The notes under the pieces are model-generated. The model did no database searches. It was not told the origin of the DNA and worked only from the letters and a program-made list of their open reading frames with translations. From the IMG/VR virus record IMGVR_UViG_3300000553_000005, positions 64,001 to 128,000 of that record: 64,000 bases of DNA. One strand, written 5' to 3'. Source of the DNA: a virus. Position numbers and translations under genes: made by a program. Positions 36,936-44,365 of the stretch are shown here, piece after piece (position 1 is the first letter of the stretch; every line of letters begins with the position of its first letter).

Positions 36936-39900
36936 TTAATTTCTCACTATGTTATGTTCTGTTACTAAATTTCCACCCAAAGTTTTCAAAGCAAATGCCT
37001 TGGCTTTTTCTGGATCAAAATCCTTGCAAGAGAAGACGTTAATGAAAATTTTCTGAAGTTCATCCAAGGCATGAATAGTTATAGAAGATTCGTAAAGGAA
37101 CTGAACTACGCTGATTCCATCTTTCTTGGGATGGGTTTTGTAAGTTCCTTCAAACTTATCCTGGCCCCAACTGTAAATTGGTCCTCGCTGCATATCAATT
37201 TCATCACAGAGGTCTTCGGCAAACTTTTTCAAGATGTGGGTCTGGAATTTATCTGGGTCAACATCATGAAGATCCATAATAACCTCTTGGCCGTAATGCT
37301 CTTTCTTAGTTTCTTCAATAATTTCATCGCTATCATCGGCTACCTTTTTAATATAAGTAATGTAGCCCTGCTTGACACTGGCGGCTTTTGAATAGGGAGT
37401 GATGGCCGTAACCACTTCTACTTGCTTCTTACTACGAAGGCCCTGCATAGCCTTATCCCACAAATCTTTGTCCAGTTTGAAAGTTGTGCCTAAGTGGTAA
37501 ACTTGACCAAATTGGTCTTCTATATGTTTCTTAAAGCTTCTTAGTGGAGTCATCCCTGAGAGATTTTCTAAGATAAACTCTTGAAGTTCTTCGATGAACT
37601 GCTCTCTCGGATAGTATTTTTCCATGCCACCATAGGCTTGTTTGATTAGCAGACTCGCTTTTTTAACTGATAATTCTCTCAATTGTTGCTCCGTAATTTG
37701 CCTCGTGTCTAAAAGAACTTGAAGTGTTGCCTGATAGAATCCAGAGTCAATTCCCATAGTTTCATTTCTTATGGCTCTCTCGGCTATCTTTTCATCGTAC
37801 ATCTGGAAATGAGAATCTTCATCCATTCCTAATTTTTTCTGAATATAAGCCATGGTATCATCCATATCCTGCATATAGTAGGAAATGAAGCAGGATACAG
37901 CACAAAAAGAGCCTTTTTTATAATTAATTTCATTTCCCGCTGGTATAGCTTCATGGCAATCTTCACATTTTTGACAGAACCCACCCCTTACCAAAATTTT
38001 CTCACGTTCTGCCTCAAGATCATCATAACCATTGATGTTTAGTTGTTCCTCAATATAGGTTCTAGCTCTCCTCTTTTTATTTTCATCAGCATTCGGCAGA
38101 AACTTATCTATTAAACGATTTATCGCTGGTCGGAAATACTCCCTTACACAATAACTGCAACAATAGGGATTGCCAGATAAATAGATGGCATCTTCTTCTG
38201 CCACAGGCTCATCACAATTAGCACAATTGGTTAGCTCCTGATCTTCATGATCTTCATAGAGATCATTATCATTGTTAATATCCCAAGCACCAGGGAAGAT
38301 AATTTTTTGCTCCATCGATTCTTTAATCTTCGGATCAAATTCTGCAAGTGTTTCAAAAATCCACCAGTAATTTGAATCTACATCATATTTTTGCCCAACA
38401 TCAGCACTATCACTAAACGGATCCCTACTAAATATCTGATCTCCAATATTTCTACCATCTACATCTTGGCATTCAATAGCACCAACTCCTTGACCTTGAA
38501 TATTTTTGGTCGGGACTCGGATGAGTGCATAGCGATCAGAACCATAATGCTCATTGGTGCCACTGTCCTGAGTAATAACATAGAGAGGACCACGTTCCAG
38601 ATAGGCTTCAGCGGTCCCCTCCCCCTGTGTACACCAATGGGAACCTGTTGACATAAGCACCAAGGCTTCTGGAGTGGTACAACGATAGAAGGAGTAACCT
38701 CTGGTCTTAGCTAAAGGCTCACAACCATCTCTGAGATACTTATCCTTCTCTCTAATTAATTCTCTACCCTGCTCATTTTTGGATAGGTCGGCTCTAGTAG
38801 CCGTGTCATATATTTCTTTAAGATCTGAAAGACCTAACTTCATGATATCTTTTTCACCAGTAAAATTAGCACTACGTTTTAGCATAGCATAACGTTCAAG
38901 CATAATTTTAATATCATCTCGTTTCATTGTTCCGGCTAGCGAAGATCTACCTTCTGGATCATCCATAGCTTTTCTAGTCTCTCTACATAACCATTCTAAA
39001 TATTCTCCATTTTGAGAAGGGTCAACTAAAGATAGAGTATCTACCCCATGAGGAGGGAGATGATATTTAGAAGCAAGAGCTTTTTTCTTAGCTTCCGAAG
39101 CGGCGGCAAATTTCAATAGAGCAGATTTAAAGTTAGAAAGTGAAGATTTCTTCAGTTTTTCAGAAGGTTCAGAGGTAGGTTCCAGTTCATCTGTTGCTAT
39201 TTCACCCTCTATTTCTGGTGCTGATTCCTCTTGCACTTTGCCCATTCCACTATTTTCAATAATATCATCAATATCTGTACTCGTAGGGGTGAATTGGTCC
39301 TTAACATATTCTAGTATGTCATCGTAAAGCGTATCATAAGTCATCAGTTCATCATAAACCGGCTGAAGGACTTTCAAGGCCCATTTATAATCCCCTAGAG
39401 TTAATCCGGGGGTCACTTTTTCTACTCTGTCACTCTGCCCATTTTCAAAAGCTCTAATACCTGATGTCAGATTAGCTAAATACCAATCAAGAGCATAGTG
39501 ATGGTTAACAGTATTGGGGAGACCCATTCGGATAGCTGCTTCATGCATTGCTCTAAATACTTTGGTGGCCTTTGGATCCCAGCCTGTCCCATAAATGAGT
39601 TCCTCGGCATCATCCATAGCTTTTTGATTTCTTTCTTCTTTTCCTGGAATAGTTGCAACAAATGCCTTTACTTTTTTCTCAATTATATCATTATAAAACT
39701 CTTTAAAACATCCCTCGCAACAAAAATTATGGCTTTCTTTATCAGGGGAGTCATCATTATTCACATAAATAGTATCGTAGCTGTCTGTTTCCATATATGC
39801 ATCACATTGATCACATTTTTCAAAATGAGCCATATCATTAATATCATTAAAAATAAATCCTTCTCGGATATATCTTTCCAAATCCCTATCATAATTAGAC

Positions 39901-40646
39901 AACCATTGAACTATTCCCCACCATTCATCATTGACTTGATAACATTTATCTTCAATTTCCCAGTTTCCTATATCCTCACCATCTGCATCTTGAGCTTCAA
40001 ATCCTGTGACAGAATCATCCGGAACATGAATCTGAAGATAGCGATCTGATTCATAAGAACTTTCTTTTTCTTCTGTAGTAAAGACATAAATGGCTCCCCT
40101 ACTTAAATAACGTTGGGCATAGCCTGGGTTCTTAGTACACCAATGAGAACCTTCCCCCATCAATTGCACGGCTCTTACAGTAGTCGGCTCATAACATACG
40201 ACACCTTCACCTGGACTGCCGATCTCTTCACAGCCTTCTGCTAAATATTGTTTCCTTCTTCTCTGTAAATCTCTCTCTCGCTCTTTCTTAGAATAGTCAT
40301 CAGGAGAAGATTCTTGTATAACACTGATAAGATCGTTAAAATTGGCATAGGAAAGAATATTATTTTTGGGTTTACCATTAATCAAACCTGTAGCCCAGGC
40401 AGCACTATTTTTTAAACGTCCAAACTCCTCCAGAGCATCTTTTAATTCATCTTGAAGTGCTGGCCCCACATTTTCGTCATGTCTCAAGACTTTTACTAGC
40501 CATTCGGTATATTGACCGTTTGGAGTTGGATCTATATTCGCACAGATCTCTACGAATCCTTGGGAAACCAAATATTTTTTCTCCAGTGCCTCCTTCTTTG
40601 CCTGTGAAGCTGCGGCTAGAAGACTCAATAAAGTTGACTTGAACAT
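36936..40646 (-). CDS. 1236-aa polyprotein: two tandem PcfJ-like (HWCT) plus Zn-finger modules and a C-terminal S-adenosylmethionine decarboxylase-like domain
   Basis: Internal duplication (DP..NGxY.EWL, GSHWCT, SDRY, CxxC..CCxxC); C-terminal YGQEVIMDL..GISVVQFLYESSITIH..INVFSCKDFD. Confidence 0.8.
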   Translation of the reverse strand: MFKSTLLSLLAAASQAKKEALEKKYLVSQGFVEICANIDPTPNGQYTEWLVKVLRHDENVGPALQDELKDALEEFGRLKNSAAWATGLINGKPKNNILSYANFNDLISVIQESSPDDYSKKERERDLQRRRKQYLAEGCEEIGSPGEGVVCYEPTTVRAVQLMGEGSHWCTKNPGYAQRYLSRGAIYVFTTEEKESSYESDRYLQIHVPDDSVTGFEAQDADGEDIGNWEIEDKCYQVNDEWWGIVQWLSNYDRDLERYIREGFIFNDINDMAHFEKCDQCDAYMETDSYDTIYVNNDDSPDKESHNFCCEGCFKEFYNDIIEKKVKAFVATIPGKEERNQKAMDDAEELIYGTGWDPKATKVFRAMHEAAIRMGLPNTVNHHYALDWYLANLTSGIRAFENGQSDRVEKVTPGLTLGDYKWALKVLQPVYDELMTYDTLYDDILEYVKDQFTPTSTDIDDIIENSGMGKVQEESAPEIEGEIATDELEPTSEPSEKLKKSSLSNFKSALLKFAAASEAKKKALASKYHLPPHGVDTLSLVDPSQNGEYLEWLCRETRKAMDDPEGRSSLAGTMKRDDIKIMLERYAMLKRSANFTGEKDIMKLGLSDLKEIYDTATRADLSKNEQGRELIREKDKYLRDGCEPLAKTRGYSFYRCTTPEALVLMSTGSHWCTQGEGTAEAYLERGPLYVITQDSGTNEHYGSDRYALIRVPTKNIQGQGVGAIECQDVDGRNIGDQIFSRDPFSDSADVGQKYDVDSNYWWIFETLAEFDPKIKESMEQKIIFPGAWDINNDNDLYEDHEDQELTNCANCDEPVAEEDAIYLSGNPYCCSYCVREYFRPAINRLIDKFLPNADENKKRRARTYIEEQLNINGYDDLEAEREKILVRGGFCQKCEDCHEAIPAGNEINYKKGSFCAVSCFISYYMQDMDDTMAYIQKKLGMDEDSHFQMYDEKIAERAIRNETMGIDSGFYQATLQVLLDTRQITEQQLRELSVKKASLLIKQAYGGMEKYYPREQFIEELQEFILENLSGMTPLRSFKKHIEDQFGQVYHLGTTFKLDKDLWDKAMQGLRSKKQVEVVTAITPYSKAASVKQGYITYIKKVADDSDEIIEETKKEHYGQEVIMDLHDVDPDKFQTHILKKFAEDLCDEIDMQRGPIYSWGQDKFEGTYKTHPKKDGISVVQFLYESSITIHALDELQKIFINVFSCKDFDPEKAKAFALKTLGGNLVTEHNIVRN

Positions 40647-40749
40647 GGCTACCTCTACTCAAGGATCAGAAAATTAAAAAGTTGCCATACTTTTGTCCTT
40701 TTTAGGTATAATAGGATTGTGAGTATTAGTCATACAAGGGAGTAACTGA

Positions 40750-40983
40750 ATGTCATCTATCAATTCATTGCTGTACACCTATGGAGTCATTTCATTAGCC
40801 ACTACTTTATTTTTTTGGGGATTTACTATTTTAGGATTTCTTTCCCAGGATTTACGAGAAGAGGCTAGAAAACAAGGTTTAGGCTTGATCCCAGCCTTGT
40901 TCATGGGGATTCTTCTTGGTGTAACATGGCCCAAATCAATGTTTAATCTATTTAAATTTATCCACAATGGAGGAAAAGTATGA
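40750..40983 (+). CDS. small membrane protein
   Basis: Two hydrophobic helices; promoter upstream. Confidence 0.6.
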   Translation: MSSINSLLYTYGVISLATTLFFWGFTILGFLSQDLREEARKQGLGLIPALFMGILLGVTWPKSMFNLFKFIHNGGKV

Positions 40984-41030
40984 CCGATACTAAGAAAGTT
41001 ATTCTCATGGTGGGGCCTTCGGGCTGTGGT
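40980..41030 (+). pseudogene. orphaned original 5' end of the kinase gene (MTDTKKVILMVGPSGCG)
   Basis: GGAGG SD; P-loop start matches the 42464 gene but breaks off just before Lys-Ser. Confidence 0.75.
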
Positions 41031-41303
41031 GATCCTGCTCCCACTCAGCATCTACGTCTACGGGTTCACCTGTGTGACCCTGATGCGGTGGTTCCTGCTC
41101 CCCGTCTTCCCCGCCTTTCACATCCCCTCCTATCCGGTGGTCGTTGGCCTGGGGCTGCTGATCCGCTACGCCACCTACTCCCCCACCGACTGTGAACCGG
41201 CTGTGGAGTCGAAGATAAAGAAGGCGGTTATGGGCCTCCTCAATCCGTTCTTTATTTCCGAGCGGCCCTGCTGTTCGGCTGGATCCTTCTGAAGTTCATG
41301 TAA
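41026..41303 (+). pseudogene. GC-rich, 5'-truncated, frameshifted membrane-protein fragment
   Basis: High GC3; no SD; hydrophobic C-terminus AALLFGWILLKFM continues in another frame. Confidence 0.5.
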
Positions 41304-41312
41304 GGAGTTCCG

Positions 41313-41501
41313 ATGTCTCGTCTGATCAATGATGGCCCCGACCCTAGTGTGGTAAAGCGGGTAATCTGTAAGAACTGTGGGGCCACAATGGAGTACGTCC
41401 CCGCTGATGTGATGTCCAAGACAGTTCACGATTACGGTGGGGGCTCTGATGACTACCGCTACATCATCTGTCTGAAGTGCCTCGACCCAATTTACCTATA
41501 A
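41313..41501 (+). CDS. small Zn-ribbon protein
   Basis: CKNC...CLKC; AGGAG SD; similar type to 3685-3867. Confidence 0.7.
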   Translation: MSRLINDGPDPSVVKRVICKNCGATMEYVPADVMSKTVHDYGGGSDDYRYIICLKCLDPIYL

Positions 41502-42441
41502 TTTTCTGAAGCTGGAGTTCTAAAAACTCTTCAGCATTTTTTTCATCAAATTTCACTTCTATCACAGAATAGTTTGATCGTAACCAAATGTCCCTCGCTA
41601 TTTGGGATTCAAAATGCTTTTTTGTCTTATGGAAATAGTTTGGAAATATATAGTGCTGCACTCCATTATACTCAACAACCACCCTTAATTCCGGCAACCA
41701 ATAGTCAACCCTCACCCTCCCACTCTTACTTACGTCTTTTGGGCATACTAGAGGAAACTGAGGGATAGCTTCAATCCCCAGTTCACTAATTACCTTTCCT
41801 AGGCGTTTCTCATTCTTCCCCTTCGCACACTCTGGACAGCCCTTACCTCTAGAAAAATTTGCCCAAGAAATCCTCCACAAAAACCCGCAAGAAACACACT
41901 TTACCCTAAGCAATGAATGAGCAGTTTGATAATCGTCAACACATCTTATTTCAATCCCCATCTCCCTCATTTTGTCGGCAACACTGATTTTCGTTTTCCA
42001 TGACTTCTCCTCATTCCTTTTTCGCAACCTCTCTGCTAGTAGTAGTTGATTGCATTTTGGACATGTTTTAGCACGAAATAGGGTTTCATACCTTGCTTGA
42101 AAGATATGTCCACACCCCAGTCCTAACCAGTTATGTTTGTATTTTTGCCCAAGAAATTGTGAATCAAGAAGTTTGTATTTCGATTCGTTGCACACTCGTT
42201 TACCTTTATTATATCTAACTAGTCTCGTCGTGTGCCCATTTCTACTACAAATAGGGCAGGGATTCCCAGGGCTATCCATTACGAATCCCCAAGCCGTGGT
42301 CCAGATATGTCCGCACTCCCCCATCCAGGTCAGATTTTTGTCTCTGATGCCAGAATATACCCCATCAACCAGCTTAACATTTTTCTTGTTTTCTTCCAGC
42401 CAATCGAGTATCATTTCATTAGTCCATTTTGTTCCTTTCAC
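41464..42441 (-). mobile_element. putative homing endonuclease: Zn-ribbon repeats plus C-terminal Vsr/DUF559-like nuclease
   Basis: Three CGH..W/CP.C units; RVDYWLPELRVVVEYNGVQHY. Confidence 0.8.
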
Positions 42442-42463
42442 TCTTCACCCCCTAGGAGTAGCC

Positions 42464-42877
42464 ATGCAGATGATAATTGCCGTTGGACCATCAGGCTGTG
42501 GGAAATCTCACTTCTTTATTAATTACTTGAAGCCCCAAGGATTTATAGAGGCCAGTGCGGATCATTTCTTTGAAAAATCTGGAGCTTACCAATTTAATCC
42601 TCGTGAACTTGACAAAGCCCATGAATTTTCTCAGGAAGAAGCCCGAGAGGCCATATCTAAGGGTTTGAAAGTTTATATTTCAAACACCAACACCCGCGAA
42701 TGGGAACGCAAGCCATATGTAGATTTGGCGAATAAGGTAGGTTACGAGGTTTGGTTGAAGGTGTTTGATGTGGATGCTGAAACTTGTGCCGCTCGTAATA
42801 CCCATGGTGTTCCTCTGGAAGCCGTGAAGAAGATGAAGGAAAGGATTGACGTTCCGGCAGGTTTTTTCAAGGTGTAG
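42464..42877 (+). CDS. polynucleotide-kinase-like P-loop kinase (AAA_33)
   Basis: AVGPSGCGKS, SADHFF, SNTN, RNTHGVP; AGGAG SD before ATG 42464. Confidence 0.85.
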   Translation: MQMIIAVGPSGCGKSHFFINYLKPQGFIEASADHFFEKSGAYQFNPRELDKAHEFSQEEAREAISKGLKVYISNTNTREWERKPYVDLANKVGYEVWLKVFDVDAETCAARNTHGVPLEAVKKMKERIDVPAGFFKV

Positions 42878-42879
42878 TA

Positions 42880-43242
42880 ATGACCAGAATTTTATTTGTA
42901 GATGATGAGGAAGTGCGTTTCACCCTCCTCAAAATGAGGGATTTCTTCCCCGAAGAGGCAGAAGTCTGTTCTGTCAATAATGCCATAGATGCCATCACGG
43001 CTGTCAGAGATGAGCTTTGGGACACCATTTTTCTGGACCATGACCTCAATACTTTTGTTGATGGTCAGGAGATTACCGGATTGGATGTCGCTAAATCCAT
43101 TATTCAATTTGCCGTTGGTGCCCCCGATTGTATTATCCATAGTATGAATCAGTCGGCGGCGTGGCGAATGGAGAAAACTCTCCAAGAAGAAGGGTTTTTC
43201 ACTCAAGTCATTCCTTTCCACAAACTTCCGGAAAGGATGTAA
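42880..43242 (+). CDS. cyclic-phosphate-processing receiver domain protein
   Basis: ILFVDD..R, FLDHDL, TGLDVA, IHSMN..AA.RM; adjacent to the kinase. Confidence 0.8.
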   Translation: MTRILFVDDEEVRFTLLKMRDFFPEEAEVCSVNNAIDAITAVRDELWDTIFLDHDLNTFVDGQEITGLDVAKSIIQFAVGAPDCIIHSMNQSAAWRMEKTLQEEGFFTQVIPFHKLPERM

Positions 43243-43732
43243 CCGGGTGTAGAAATGGGTAGGATTAATAGTATTAATTATAGGAGCCGTGTCTCTTTCA
43301 GGGATGTGGCTCCTTTTAAAAGACGAAAAAGGAGTCTAAATATGCCACTTGTTCTTAGCTATACGGATACCAGGGAGACAGATAATGAGATCCTATGTGA
43401 AATAACGACAATCGGGAATACTTCTGGATTACAATTTACATTTCCCGATAGAACTCAATTTTATCCTTATCCTTTATCTACTACATATCCAAGTGGGATT
43501 TTAAGTTTTGCTGTGAATAAAATGGGGCAATTGAAAATGGATACGGTTTCTTTGGTCATTCCTCCCGAATGGTGCAACGATCATCTAACTGACGTTCTAG
43601 GCCATCTTTTTAGAGAAACTCATTGGGATTCTCATCCAACTCATGTAATCACACTTGTATGTGAACCTCCTGAATTATTTGATCTCATTAATAAATATTT
43701 TCAGGGAACTTGGCATTTATAGGAGTTTATTA

Positions 43733-44365
43733 ATGAACTACTCCCCCTTTTACTCCCTTCTTCGTCAATTAAAGGAGGGAGATAAAAAATTTGATTCTAA
43801 GCAACTTAAGAAATTGGAATATGGTGATTTAGATTTAGCTGCGATGGGGAATGCCGGATCTTGCCGCTGTCCAGTCGAAATGGTCATTGAAGAGAAAAGA
43901 AAACGAAGAGTTAAATATGTTTCATCCAAATCGTTAAACCGAGAACTTCTGAATGAATTGGGTATGTTGGACGATGTGTTAGCTGATCGTATAAAACTTA
44001 GTGAATTTCCAACATGGGACAGTCTCTCTATTGTTGCAAAACTCTGGTTTAAACTTTCCTGCCTGGAAATGCACACAGATTATCCAGGCCCCCGTATTGA
44101 AGAAGTCATTTTTCTTTTCCAGGAATGTTTAAAAGAAGTTCATCCTCCATTACCTTTTCAGATCGCCAAAAATTTTCAAACTGAATTTCAATCCATTTAT
44201 CTTCGATTAGGAAAGTTACCGGATGAAGTGATCAGAGATTGTTGTACCCAATGTGCCAATGTCATTTACGGTTTTATTGACGGTGACGAACTAGAAATTT
44301 GTGATAATATGGCATTGAAAGATTATTCTTGTAGTGGTGGGTGTTTCTTTCCGATTGGAGCTTAA
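43733..44365 (+). CDS. hypothetical protein
   Basis: AGGAG SD before MNYSPF. Confidence 0.6.
   Translation: MNYSPFYSLLRQLKEGDKKFDSKQLKKLEYGDLDLAAMGNAGSCRCPVEMVIEEKRKRRVKYVSSKSLNRELLNELGMLDDVLADRIKLSEFPTWDSLSIVAKLWFKLSCLEMHTDYPGPRIEEVIFLFQECLKEVHPPLPFQIAKNFQTEFQSIYLRLGKLPDEVIRDCCTQCANVIYGFIDGDELEICDNMALKDYSCSGGCFFPIGA

Noticed and set aside
42137-42463. N-terminal extension of the kinase ORF in the track
   Set aside because: It lies antisense to the endonuclease gene. The real start is ATG 42464 with an AGGAG SD.
41031-42502. Group I intron in the kinase gene (upstream exon ends in T, insert ends in G, in-frame join)
   Set aside because: No P3-P7 core is recognisable, the insert is filled with ORFs, and the downstream part has its own SD, ATG and complete P-loop.
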